A DNA stretch of 55,647 nucleotides from contig JBBRUI010000002.1 in assembly GCA_038247945.1 (NCBI GenBank), positions 1-55,647 of the forward strand. The letters run 5' to 3'. Below, piece after piece: positions 36,946 to 46,199 of the stretch. Position 1 is the stretch's first letter. Every line of letters starts with the position of its first letter. The notes beneath the pieces were generated by a model. The model was given only the letters and a program-made list of their open reading frames with translations, was not told where the DNA came from and ran no database searches. Position numbers and translations under genes: made by a program. The DNA comes from Bacteroidota bacterium (GTDB taxonomy: Bacteria; Bacteroidota; Ignavibacteria; UBA10030; UBA6906).

Positions 36946-39464
36946 ATTTTCCCGGCGAGGGTGATTGGTTGTTGTTGGAACGGCAGGCGGACGAACACGG
37001 TTGTACCCTTTCCTTCGTTTCCGATTACGGATGCCATGCCCCCGAGCATCCGGGCCCTCTCGGAAATACCAAGCAAGCCCAACGATGCATGCGTTTGAAG
37101 TTGCTCTTGCGTAATCCCACGCCCATTGTCTTCTATCTGCAATTCAATATTTCCATCCGCCAACTTCACGGAGAGCGCAACATGCGTAGCCCCCGAATGC
37201 CGCGCAATGTTGGTGAGGGATTCCTGAAAAATGCGGAAAAGCGTGATAGCGATTTCTTCAGGGAACTGCGTATCGGTTATATCGGTCGTGAGAACACAAT
37301 CGATGTCTGTTCTCTTCTTGAACTCCTGGACCTGCCATTGAAGAGCGTCCATCAATCCCAGTTTGTCCAACACGCCCGGCCTCAGGTCTGTTGCAATTCG
37401 CCGCACGGTGGCAATCGCCATGTCAATGGTGGAAGAAAGTGCCCGTGCACGTTCAAGAAGCGGCCCGGTTTCGATCATCTTATCAAAGCGCAATGCCGCT
37501 TTTTGAACAAGAGCCGCTTCAATCTTGAGCACGGTCAATTGCTGCCCGAGCTCGTCATGCACTTCGAGTGCAATTCGTTTCCGTTCTTCCTCCTGGACTT
37601 TTTGCAGGTAGCCCGAAAGTTTTCTTAGTCGCTCTTCTGATTCTTTAAGAACCTCCTCCGCCTGCCGTCGTTCCGTAACGTCATTCATCAACACCAGCAG
37701 GCGCGATTCATGCGCGTATTGAAAAGGAACAAACCGGCAGGAGAGCCAGACATCTTTCCGTGTTGGGGAAGCGGTGTGAGTTTCAATCGCATGTTCGCGG
37801 CCGGTCTCAAGGGCGGCCAATGCAGAGTCCAGCAATCCAAATTTCTTCCACGATTCCAGTTGCTGGAATTTCTGTTTCCGCAATTGTTCGAGTGGAACAC
37901 CGACAATTTTCGCCTGCGCCTCGTTCACCGTAATCAGTTCTCCGGACGCTTTGTACGTCGTAATTCCAACCGGAGACTTCTCGATGACGGTGTTTGCATA
38001 TCCGAGGGCGCCGGAAAGTTCCTCCTCATATTTTTTTCGTTCGGTGATGTCCTGTACCATCGCCATCGTCCCAGTATACTCACCATACTCGTTCCGCAGC
38101 GGAGTATCAAACCAATCACAGAGTATTCTCCGGCCGTCTTTCGTGATATTTTCATTGATTCCATTCACTGTCGCATCGCTTGTCTTCAACTGTGCAACTA
38201 GGTTTTCGATCACCTCTTTCAATGGTTCCGGAATGATTAAGCCATACGGTTGTCTGCCGAGAACATCTTGTTTCGAGTAGCCGAAAATCTTCTCGCTCGC
38301 CGGGTTCCACTCGCGGATCCTAAACTGCTCATCGAATAGTATGTACCCTATGGGCATCCGCTCAAATTGAAGCTGAAGTTGTTTGAGAATTCTGTCACGC
38401 TCCTCGGCAAGGTAGCCCTGATCAAGTTCGGCGAGTTTCAGCGTTGTTATGTCCAGCATCGAACCAAGCATGCGTGTAGGATTTCCGTTTTCGTCACACA
38501 CAAGATATTCCCGGTCCAGCACATATCCATACGACCCGTCGACATGCAGGAAACGGTATTCATGAGACCAGGTGGGCATCTTGCTTGTGAAGGCTGCTTG
38601 GAAGCTTGCCTTGACCTTCTCGCGGTCGTCCGGATGAATTCGGGATTCCCAGGCCTCGAGTGTGGCAATTGCATTCTCTTCGTACCCATATCTCCTTGTC
38701 AACGTTTCATTCCACCATAACCTGTTGTTGCGGATATCCCAGTCCTTGACAGCATCATTTGTCGCACGCGCGATAAGTTGAAATCGCTCGCTGGACAAGC
38801 GCTCCGCTTTCTCCGTTCGTTTCTGTTCGGTGATATCAGACGAAACTCCGATGATGCCGACGAGATTTCCGCTTTCGTCATAAATAGGTGAGTCGGTGAC
38901 CGCCGCAGGAAATGATGTGCCGTCACGGCGTTGAACTTCGAACTCACCCGACCAACTGTTCCCGGCTTTCACCTTCTCCATCACTTCGGCGGCCTGCTCT
39001 TTCGAGGGGCCAACGGGGACGAGCATGGTGATATTTTTGCTGATAGCTTCCGGGGTCGGCCATCCATACAGAATCTCTGCGGCGCGGTTCCAATACTTGA
39101 TACTACCGTTGACATCGGTGGCGATGACTGCTTGCTCGATAACGTTGAGAAGGTGTGCCTGAAAAATAATTTGTTCATCGGCGCGATTTCGTTGATCTTC
39201 AACTTTCATTCGTGCCGTAACATATCGTTGTAATACAGCAAAGAGGAGCGTTGCTGTCACAATCACGAATACCCAGCCTTTTACCGCCGATAGTTTTATG
39301 AATACATCTCCATTGGCGGCAAACAGAGAAAGGAAATAGTCGGAGAGTGTAATCCAACTACCGGCGAAGATAAGGTAGAGGAGAGCGATGTTTATGGGGA
39401 GGCGGGAACCCTTTTCTTCCCCTGAGGGCTTGAGATTCATAATATCCGGGGTTCGTTCAATCAC
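36942..39464 (-). CDS. Multi-PAS sensor histidine kinase (HisKA_3 / HATPase_c, NarX-LiaS type)
   Basis: Two N-terminal TM helices and about five PAS/PAC units. The H-box is EEERKRIALEVHDELGQQLT, followed by an ATPase region (FRIFQESLTNIARHS...DNGRGI...GLLGISERA). Confidence 0.9.
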   Translation of the reverse strand: MIERTPDIMNLKPSGEEKGSRLPINIALLYLIFAGSWITLSDYFLSLFAANGDVFIKLSAVKGWVFVIVTATLLFAVLQRYVTARMKVEDQRNRADEQIIFQAHLLNVIEQAVIATDVNGSIKYWNRAAEILYGWPTPEAISKNITMLVPVGPSKEQAAEVMEKVKAGNSWSGEFEVQRRDGTSFPAAVTDSPIYDESGNLVGIIGVSSDITEQKRTEKAERLSSERFQLIARATNDAVKDWDIRNNRLWWNETLTRRYGYEENAIATLEAWESRIHPDDREKVKASFQAAFTSKMPTWSHEYRFLHVDGSYGYVLDREYLVCDENGNPTRMLGSMLDITTLKLAELDQGYLAEERDRILKQLQLQFERMPIGYILFDEQFRIREWNPASEKIFGYSKQDVLGRQPYGLIIPEPLKEVIENLVAQLKTSDATVNGINENITKDGRRILCDWFDTPLRNEYGEYTGTMAMVQDITERKKYEEELSGALGYANTVIEKSPVGITTYKASGELITVNEAQAKIVGVPLEQLRKQKFQQLESWKKFGLLDSALAALETGREHAIETHTASPTRKDVWLSCRFVPFQYAHESRLLVLMNDVTERRQAEEVLKESEERLRKLSGYLQKVQEEERKRIALEVHDELGQQLTVLKIEAALVQKAALRFDKMIETGPLLERARALSSTIDMAIATVRRIATDLRPGVLDKLGLMDALQWQVQEFKKRTDIDCVLTTDITDTQFPEEIAITLFRIFQESLTNIARHSGATHVALSVKLADGNIELQIEDNGRGITQEQLQTHASLGLLGISERARMLGGMASVIGNEGKGTTVFVRLPFQQQPITLAGKI

Positions 39465-39762
39465 TCGACAATGACCATAGCATACTGTGTGGAATATGTT
39501 CGCTCAATTCTTAAGTCGAACATGTGGATTGGAGGGAAATCGGCCACATTGGAGAGTTCAGTATGTGTACGAATGTAGAGAAAACCTCTGCGCAATACAA
39601 ACTGGCAGTGCTCAAGTTTGAATCGAGTCTGCCACTTTGCCGGACGAGATAGTGTCCTAATTTGAAAAAAGAGGAAGCGGGATTGGCACAAAACAAAAAT
39701 CTTCGGGAGCGAATTTTCCGTTCATCGCTTAAACGTTCGATTGTGGCGGTGGTGGAGTGAAA

Positions 39763-39794
39763 TAAAAAAGCCGGAGTGGTTAGCTCCGGCTTTT
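39763..39794 (-). terminator. Intrinsic terminator downstream of hicB (bidirectional-looking hairpin)
   Basis: Stem GCCGGAG / CTCCGGC with a 7-nt loop. It is flanked by AAAAAA on the plus strand (a U-tract for the minus-strand transcript) and TTTT on the other side. Confidence 0.7.
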
Positions 39795-39816
39795 ACAGTA
39801 GAGGCGATCATCCTAC

Positions 39817-40227
39817 TTATGCTGCTTCAAGTTCGGTTTTTTCTTCTGCGAGTTCGTTTTCCAATGCAGAAATCGTTTTCACGCCTCCGCCAGTATCTTT
39901 CGTATCCGCATTTATTTTAGATGAGTCGGCGAAAGACCATCGTTCGTATGGAGTTACTATCCAAGCATCTCTAACGACAACCGGAGATGGTGTTGGTCCG
40001 GGTATTTCGTTTCCCCTCTCCATTCGTGCGGTGATATATTCGTCAAACAATTCTTGGACGTTAGCTACAGCTTCGGCTTCTGAAGTGCCGTCCGTTTTGC
40101 AGCCACGGAGTTCAAGATACTCCGCAGTCCAGTATTCACTGCCATCAGAATCTTTGACAAGATCTGTGCGTAACGTATAGGGTAAACGTCTATAATCCTG
40201 TAATGTCTTCTTTGTCGTCGTGTCCAT
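39817..40227 (-). CDS. hicB: HicB-family antitoxin-like protein
   Basis: YWTAEYLELRGCKTDGTSEAEAVANVQELFDEYITARMERGNEIPGP matches the HicB/UPF0150 N-terminal fold pattern. I prefer the ATG at 40227 because GGAGGA lies 5 nt upstream; 40239 is the alternative. No obvious RHH/HTH in the C-terminal part. Confidence 0.65.
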   Translation of the reverse strand: MDTTTKKTLQDYRRLPYTLRTDLVKDSDGSEYWTAEYLELRGCKTDGTSEAEAVANVQELFDEYITARMERGNEIPGPTPSPVVVRDAWIVTPYERWSFADSSKINADTKDTGGGVKTISALENELAEEKTELEAA

Positions 40228-40495
40228 CGTGTCCTCCATTACTAGTTGGTGACCGTTTTATCAGGTCGTCTATTAACTTAACCGCCTCACGTGCTACATA
40301 TTCCTTCAGTTTATTGTGCCGAGGAACGCTAATCCATAAATCACTAAATGTTGGGTGCCAATAAATTGCGTGTTTCCCTTGTTTACACTCAAATCCAAAT
40401 CCAATAAGTAGACGTTCAAAATCTTTTTGTCCCCATCCCGATGACGAGCTACGCATTTGTTCGAGTATTTTTTGCGCGGCTCTACCACCATTCAT
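40190..40495 (-). CDS. hicA: HicA/YcfA-family toxin-like protein
   Basis: FERLLIGFGFECKQGKHAIYWHP...WISVPRHNKLKEYVAREAVKLID matches the HicA pattern (GF...G.H......vP.H..l....v..i). It lies toxin-first relative to hicB, as is canonical. It overlaps hicB by about 38 nt, and its ATG overlaps the upstream stop (ATGA). Confidence 0.6.
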   Translation of the reverse strand: MNGGRAAQKILEQMRSSSSGWGQKDFERLLIGFGFECKQGKHAIYWHPTFSDLWISVPRHNKLKEYVAREAVKLIDDLIKRSPTSNGGHDGHDDKEDITGL

Positions 40496-40902
40496 CCCGC
40501 CCCAGCCTCTCTAAGCTGTATAACAGTAAAGGGAATCCTCCCTAAAAATCGTTCGTTGATGAACATAACAAACTCATAGTGACCAGCTTTCATAAACGGG
40601 ATGTCCTGTAGCTTGGTTACCATCCCAGCCCTAACAACAGACTGACTCGCTGGAGAAGGGTTCAACACTATTTTCTGTTCGAATGACGCGAGTTTGGTTG
40701 CCTTGTTGTCGCGTAATTCCATCGACAGAGTATGGTCACCTTTTTCTGCTGCTACACCTTCTAGATCGACAACGATAGTCATGTCCCTGTGAACGCTTGG
40801 GAGTTTTCTAGCGAAAATTATATCGAAAATTCCCATAGCATTCACTTTCCTATTCTCGTCTAATGTTGCAGAATCGGCAAGGAACGCATATCTAACAAAC
40901 AT
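40492..40902 (-). CDS. Unknown 136-aa protein, first gene of the hicAB operon (possibly DUF6941-like; assignment from memory only)
   Basis: It is translationally coupled to hicA. It is predicted beta-rich, with no signal peptide and no catalytic motif recognised. The N-terminal pattern YAFLADSATLDENRKVNAMGIFDIIFARKLPSVH recalls small DUF-type proteins. Confidence 0.55.
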   Translation of the reverse strand: MFVRYAFLADSATLDENRKVNAMGIFDIIFARKLPSVHRDMTIVVDLEGVAAEKGDHTLSMELRDNKATKLASFEQKIVLNPSPASQSVVRAGMVTKLQDIPFMKAGHYEFVMFINERFLGRIPFTVIQLREAGAG

Positions 40903-41335
40903 AGCTTCGGCGACATCAATGTGGCTTTGAGGCAGGACGTGTCTTTAGGTGACACTCTTTACTGCAAAACAACTTGACAAAGTTACACTTCCGCCTCTGC
41001 AATGTCAACACCGTATAAGAGATTATCGACACTTCCTGCACAATATATATAACGCTGCTTTCCTGAACTTTGTTGCGTAACACACAATTGTGCTACACTA
41101 TCAATAGTCCTCGAGGGTAACTCACGGTCATATCAAGTAACACGCAAGGCATTCATTCCAAATTGGGCACTTCTTTAAGATCTCGAATGCGATTTGCGGG
41201 ACTATATTTTTCCCGTTACTTTTACTCGTTTCCAACCGCGCAATTTAGAAAATCCCTACACTTAAGCACTACCTACAAACTTGATGACTTCCACCTTGTG
41301 TTGTATACCGGATTCCATTATCTTTTTGCGCACTG

Positions 41336-41893
41336 ATGAAAGAAAGGATTCTCCGGTTGGCCCCAAAAGCTTCGTACGTACTTTCCAAAAATGAGTTAAG
41401 GCATCGTGCCCGCAACATCAAACTCGTTCTCTCTGATTGCGATGGTGTATTGACCGATACGGGTGTCTATTATTCCCAAGCTGGCGAAGCAATGAAACGA
41501 TTCTCCATACGTGATGGAATGGGGACAGAGTTGCTTCGTAAAGCTGGAATTGAAACAGGCTATATCTCCGGAGAGACTTCTCCCGGATTGAAGAGACGTG
41601 CAGAAAAATTGAAGTTGGTCCATCTCTATTTGGGGATCGATGACAAAGCCGCAACCCTGCGGAAAATCCTTTCGAAGACAAAACTCTCTGCCGCAGAAAT
41701 TGCGTACATTGGAGATGATGTCAACGACCTTGATATACTGAAAGAAATAGGCAAAGCAGGTCTTACTGCAACGCCGGCAGACGGAATGCCGATCGTCAAG
41801 AAATCGGTACACTACGTATGCAAAGCTAAAGGCGGCTACGGGGCATTCAGAGATTTTGCAGATTGGATTCTGCAACTTCAGGCTGGCCAGTAA
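41336..41893 (+). CDS. kdsC: KDO 8-phosphate phosphatase (HAD-IIIA, YrbI/KdsC family)
   Basis: IKLVLSDCDGVLTD (DxD nucleophile motif), FSIRDGMG, and AYIGDDVNDLDIL...PADG. Confidence 0.85.
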   Translation: MKERILRLAPKASYVLSKNELRHRARNIKLVLSDCDGVLTDTGVYYSQAGEAMKRFSIRDGMGTELLRKAGIETGYISGETSPGLKRRAEKLKLVHLYLGIDDKAATLRKILSKTKLSAAEIAYIGDDVNDLDILKEIGKAGLTATPADGMPIVKKSVHYVCKAKGGYGAFRDFADWILQLQAGQ

Positions 41894-41927
41894 ACCTCAT
41901 TACTCACATTTCAAAAAGGAACTTCCG

Positions 41928-42497
41928 ATGAAAAAGATTTTTCCGGCGTTACTCGCAATTATCATTCTCGCTTCGTGCAACAAACAAAAGGTCGAACCTC
42001 CCAAGGAGGTGCAGCAGAGTCAACCCGCAGAAAGCAGTGTGAGCTCTGCGGCGGGTGTCCGTTGGGATGTCCCTTCATCCTGGACGGTTGCCCCGGCAAA
42101 ACAAATGAGAGTCGCCACGTATAGCATTCCCGCGGCCAAAGGGGATGGCGAGGGAGCTGAATGCGGCGTGTTTCATTTCGGGAGCGGGCAGGGCGGAGAT
42201 GTAGAGATGAATATAGACCGATGGGTAAAACAATTTGAAAATGCGGACAAACCCGATCGCTCGTCGAAAGAAGTGAACGGAATGAAGGTTGAACTTGTGG
42301 AGATTGCAGGAACGTATCTTGCACCAAGCGGCCCTATGATGCAATCAAGCGGGAAAAAAGATAACTACCGGTTGCTCGGCGCGATCATTTCAGCTCCGGC
42401 AGGATCCGTGTTCTTCAAACTGACCGGGCCGGCAAAAACTGTTGGCGATGCCGAAAGCGACTTTGATTCCCTCGTAGATTCTATCACGAAGCAATAG
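41928..42497 (+). CDS. Hypothetical lipoprotein
   Basis: The ATG at 41928 gives MKKIFPALLAIIILASC (lipobox). The ORF-track start at 41856 would overlap kdsC. Confidence 0.65.
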   Translation: MKKIFPALLAIIILASCNKQKVEPPKEVQQSQPAESSVSSAAGVRWDVPSSWTVAPAKQMRVATYSIPAAKGDGEGAECGVFHFGSGQGGDVEMNIDRWVKQFENADKPDRSSKEVNGMKVELVEIAGTYLAPSGPMMQSSGKKDNYRLLGAIISAPAGSVFFKLTGPAKTVGDAESDFDSLVDSITKQ

Positions 42498-42509
42498 CCG
42501 AAAATAAAA

Positions 42510-42538
42510 AACGCCTTCCCTTGTCCGGGGAAGGCGTT
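42510..42538. terminator. Bidirectional intrinsic terminator between convergent genes
   Basis: Stem AACGCCTTCC / GGAAGGCGTT with a 9-nt loop. The A-tract upstream gives a U-tract for the minus-strand transcript. Confidence 0.7.
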
Positions 42539-42561
42539 GTAGTAAACTCTTGCCGCACAAC

Positions 42562-42852
42562 CTATTCCAACAAGCTCTCCACCTTTTTCGCAAACTCCGC
42601 GTCCAGGTTACTGATTCCCCCCACGTCATGCGTTGTCAAGTCAATGATGACCTTGTTGTACACATTGAACCACTCCGGATGATGGTTGATGCTTTCGGCG
42701 ATCAGGGCAACACGCGCCATGAATCCGAATGCCTCAACAAAGGATTTGAACTTGAATTCCTTGTGCAGCTTCGCTTTCTGAAGTTTCCAGCCTGCAAGGG
42801 ACTTCACCGTTGCGGTGATTTCTTTCGGAGATAATTTCTTTGCTTTCGTCAT
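42562..42852 (-). CDS. phhB: Pterin-4-alpha-carbinolamine dehydratase (PCD/DCoH)
   Basis: [63 protein letters not shown] is the classic PCD signature. Confidence 0.9.
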   Translation of the reverse strand: MTKAKKLSPKEITATVKSLAGWKLQKAKLHKEFKFKSFVEAFGFMARVALIAESINHHPEWFNVYNKVIIDLTTHDVGGISNLDAEFAKKVESLLE

Positions 42853-42870
42853 GACATTCCTTTCTATGCA

Positions 42871-44001
42871 TCAATTTGATGTAGGGGCGTTCCGTTGTTT
42901 TTCGTACGTCAACAATTCTCTGCATTCCGAGCTCATTGGCTTCGGCCCTTCGCCGGATGTGTGCGCCCTGATTTTCGATGCGTCTCCCCGGCGCGGCAGA
43001 TACACTTTGCCGATCGGCATCATATTCAACTCCTTCAAAACGGAAGCGACCTCGAACGGAAAATCGATGAAGCCAAAATTCCCTACTGTTGTTTCGACTA
43101 CAATCGAGAGTCTGCCTTTCGGTTTAAGGATGCGAACGCCTTCACGCACGATCGTTTTCAGTTTCATCATTGTCTCGGCTTTCGCGGCGTTCACCGAGAA
43201 ATCCGAATCCTCTGATCTCGGATAAAAATCAGAAGGCGGATCGAGGAACACATAGTCCACCGTTCCCGATTGTTCAGGAATTCCCGTCTGCACGATATTC
43301 GCCCGTTGAATCCCTTCACTGCTCGGATCGATATCGTACATCTTGAATGTACGGTTGCTGAAATGAGGTACTGAAGTAATAATGTCGCCTGTCGTTCCGC
43401 TTCCTGCCATCGGGTCAACGATGCGCCAGCCGGGCTCAGTATAATAGAAAAGCGCATTGGCGATAATCTGTCCCGCCAGCCTTCCCTTGTAGCCTGCCTT
43501 TCCGAACCGCGGGTCAGGCGCGTCGAACGACCAGACGTTGCGCTCTTTCAGGTCGAATCCAAATTTCGTCTTCTCATCCTCACGCCGCGTGAGATCATCC
43601 TCGCGAATTTTCTTCTGCAGATCGGAGATGGTCCACCTGTTCGCTATCGCATTTTTTTCGTACTCTGTTCGTTTTCGGCTGTCGTCAACTTTTGTGGCGA
43701 GATCGAAATAAAAAATTTCCGGCAACGCACGCTTCTCCACATCGGGATAGTACGTGTAGAACATCTGACATTGCTTCAGCATACTGAATGGGAATTTAAA
43801 TCCCGGCACGTCCGCCATTCGTTTCAAAATCTGTTCTCCGAAAATTCCTTCCTTCAGCGCGGTAGGGATTATTTTTTCCACAAGAAATTTTCCGAGATCC
43901 CAATAATTATCGGCAGAGAATGAATTGAGCTTTTCGATGAGCGGATCGAGAGACGAGACTTTGCCTGACTTTGGTTGTGCAACGGGGGCGGTCTTGGCCA
44001 T
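42871..44001 (-). CDS. Atypical SAM-dependent (DNA?) methyltransferase with a YhcG_N/DUF1016-like N-terminal domain
   Basis: The ATG at 44001 is preceded by GGAGGAATC. SAM-binding motif I is IVDPMAGSGTTG. It is preceded by NVWSFDAPDP...LAGQIIANALFYYTEPG, which resembles the region before motif I in N4/N6 MTases. The motif IV position reads FLDPPSDFY, i.e. DPPS where (D/N/S)PP(Y/F/W) is expected. The N-terminal YWDLGKFLVEK...GFKFPFSMLKQCQMFYTYYPD resembles the DUF1016 N-terminal domain. Confidence 0.6.
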   Translation of the reverse strand: MAKTAPVAQPKSGKVSSLDPLIEKLNSFSADNYWDLGKFLVEKIIPTALKEGIFGEQILKRMADVPGFKFPFSMLKQCQMFYTYYPDVEKRALPEIFYFDLATKVDDSRKRTEYEKNAIANRWTISDLQKKIREDDLTRREDEKTKFGFDLKERNVWSFDAPDPRFGKAGYKGRLAGQIIANALFYYTEPGWRIVDPMAGSGTTGDIITSVPHFSNRTFKMYDIDPSSEGIQRANIVQTGIPEQSGTVDYVFLDPPSDFYPRSEDSDFSVNAAKAETMMKLKTIVREGVRILKPKGRLSIVVETTVGNFGFIDFPFEVASVLKELNMMPIGKVYLPRRGDASKIRAHTSGEGPKPMSSECRELLTYEKQRNAPTSN

Positions 44002-44185
44002 GATTCCTCCGGCGTAAATGGTTGAGGGCTGAGTTGATCGCGCTTCTGCAAGGTTGCAGTCCGCGTTCAACTGAAATGTTGATGAACAATACTATAAAAC
44101 TGTAAGGAATGCAAGGTAAGAACCACGCCGCGTTGATTTTTGGGAGAAGATTTTCATTGTTAGTAGGGACTACATAAGGAGCAAC

Positions 44186-46186
44186 ATGATGAAGAAGTTG
44201 ATAATTATTGCGATGATGTTTTTTCTGGGACATGAATCGCCTTCACAGCAATGGCTGAGGGTAGATTCTGTGTTCAACCCTTCGGGTGTGGCCGTGCAAA
44301 ATTTTTCAGCGCCGGAATTTGCAGACCTGAACGCTGACGGAAACCCTGACTTGCTACTGGGAAATGGATCGTCGGCGAGGGTTGGTTACTTCCGGAATCT
44401 TGGCCCGGTCGTTCCTCCGAAGTTCCGGTCGGACACATCCATGCTTTCATCCATTTACGCGGGTGGCGGGACGAATTCCGACTACCCCGCAACGTGCGAC
44501 CTGGATGGCGACGGCGACCTCGACTTGGTCGTAGGTGGATATAATGGCATCCTCTTTTATAAGAATATTGGCGACACGCTTCAGCCAACCTGGCAACGCA
44601 TTGATACCGTTTTTACTTCGGTCAATTCTCTGATCGGAACGGATGCTAAGCCTGCGTTTGCCGACCTGGACGGGGATGGCGACTTTGATCTTCTGGTGGG
44701 AATCGGCGAGTCGCTGTTTGGCGGCCCGACTCCCGGCACCACGATGGGATTCCGGAACACAGGCACCCGCAACCAACCGCAATTTGTGCAGGATAACACG
44801 CTTGTCGCAGGCATCCCCGACATTGGGTTGAATTCCTATCCAACACTCAAAGATATCGACGGCGACAACGACTTTGATCTTCTCCTCGGCCGCGACCTGC
44901 AAACGTTTGTGTACTTTCGAAACACCGGCAGTGTTTCATCACCCATCTGGACTGGTAATTCAACAACATTCAACGTCGTGGAATCTGGTACGTATTGGAA
45001 AGACCCGACGTTTTTCGATCTCGACAAGGATAATGACTACGACCTTATCTACGGAACATCGGACGGAACGATTTATTATTATCAGAACATCGGAACGCGG
45101 ACGGCGCCACAGTTTCAATATAACCCCAACTACTTTCCTGTTATCCGTGCTTCGGGAAATGCCGCGACAGCTTCGGTTGCAGATTTTGATAATGATGGTG
45201 ACGTTGACATGATCAGCGGAGATTGGCTTGGCGGATTTCAGTATTTTCGGAACGACGGGACGCCGTTCGCTCCGCGCTTCACAAAAACAACTTCCAGTTT
45301 CACATCATTGAATGTTAGCAGTTACAGCTCTCCGGTTTTTGTAGACCTGGATAATGATAATGACAAAGACATTGTTGCCGGTGCGCTGAACGGAACGGTG
45401 TACTGCTACATCAATAACGGAAGCAGCTTCACACAGAACACGACAATGTTTGCAGGGATTGATGTCGGGTGGATCAGCGCCCCTGCGCTTACCGACATCG
45501 ACAACGATGGAGATAAAGACATGATCGTCGGAGCGGAAGATGCACCGGTGCTTCAGTTTTACAAGAACCAGGGTGGAAACGTGTTTGTTCAGGATAACAG
45601 TTTTATCGCCGGCGTTACGTCGGTGCGGAACGGTCAGCCGGCGTTTGTGGATCTGGATCGTGACGGCGACTTTGATCTCGTGATCGGCGGGATAAACGGC
45701 CGCTTGCTGTATTATCAAAATACCGGCACTGCAATTTCACCCTCGTGGTCGCGCAACGATGCGATGCTTGCAGAAATTTCCGTGCGTCAGGATGCCGCCC
45801 CCGGTTTCGCCGACTTTGATGGCGACGGAAAGGCGGATGTCATACTCGGTGAGTATAACGGGAACTTCAGCTACTATAAAAACCAAATGCCGACTTCCGT
45901 CGTGGATCGGCGTGAAGTGCCGGAATCTTTTTCCCTCCACCAAAATTATCCTAATCCGTTCAACCCATCTACCCAAATACAATTTGCAATTCCCACATCA
46001 GGATTCGTTGAACTGAAAGTTTTTGATCTGCTGGGAAAAGAAGTCGCAACACTTGTTAATGGACAACTGGAACAAGGGAACTACAGTGAGAGTTTTAATG
46101 CGGCAGGACTAACAAGCGGTGTGTATTTCTATCGACTCAAAGCCGGAAGTTTTGTACGAACGATGAAGATGGTTGTTGTGCGGTAA
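44186..46186 (+). CDS. FG-GAP/VCBS repeat (integrin-alpha-like propeller) protein with T9SS C-terminal sorting domain
   Basis: Many DLDGDGDLDLVVG / DIDGDNDFDLLLG / DFDNDGDVDMISG calcium-binding repeats. C-terminal sorting domain LHQNYPNPFNPSTQIQF...GVYFYRLKAGSFVRTMKMVVVR. Confidence 0.85.
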   Translation: MMKKLIIIAMMFFLGHESPSQQWLRVDSVFNPSGVAVQNFSAPEFADLNADGNPDLLLGNGSSARVGYFRNLGPVVPPKFRSDTSMLSSIYAGGGTNSDYPATCDLDGDGDLDLVVGGYNGILFYKNIGDTLQPTWQRIDTVFTSVNSLIGTDAKPAFADLDGDGDFDLLVGIGESLFGGPTPGTTMGFRNTGTRNQPQFVQDNTLVAGIPDIGLNSYPTLKDIDGDNDFDLLLGRDLQTFVYFRNTGSVSSPIWTGNSTTFNVVESGTYWKDPTFFDLDKDNDYDLIYGTSDGTIYYYQNIGTRTAPQFQYNPNYFPVIRASGNAATASVADFDNDGDVDMISGDWLGGFQYFRNDGTPFAPRFTKTTSSFTSLNVSSYSSPVFVDLDNDNDKDIVAGALNGTVYCYINNGSSFTQNTTMFAGIDVGWISAPALTDIDNDGDKDMIVGAEDAPVLQFYKNQGGNVFVQDNSFIAGVTSVRNGQPAFVDLDRDGDFDLVIGGINGRLLYYQNTGTAISPSWSRNDAMLAEISVRQDAAPGFADFDGDGKADVILGEYNGNFSYYKNQMPTSVVDRREVPESFSLHQNYPNPFNPSTQIQFAIPTSGFVELKVFDLLGKEVATLVNGQLEQGNYSESFNAAGLTSGVYFYRLKAGSFVRTMKMVVVR

Positions 46187-46199
46187 CCAAATTGAATTG

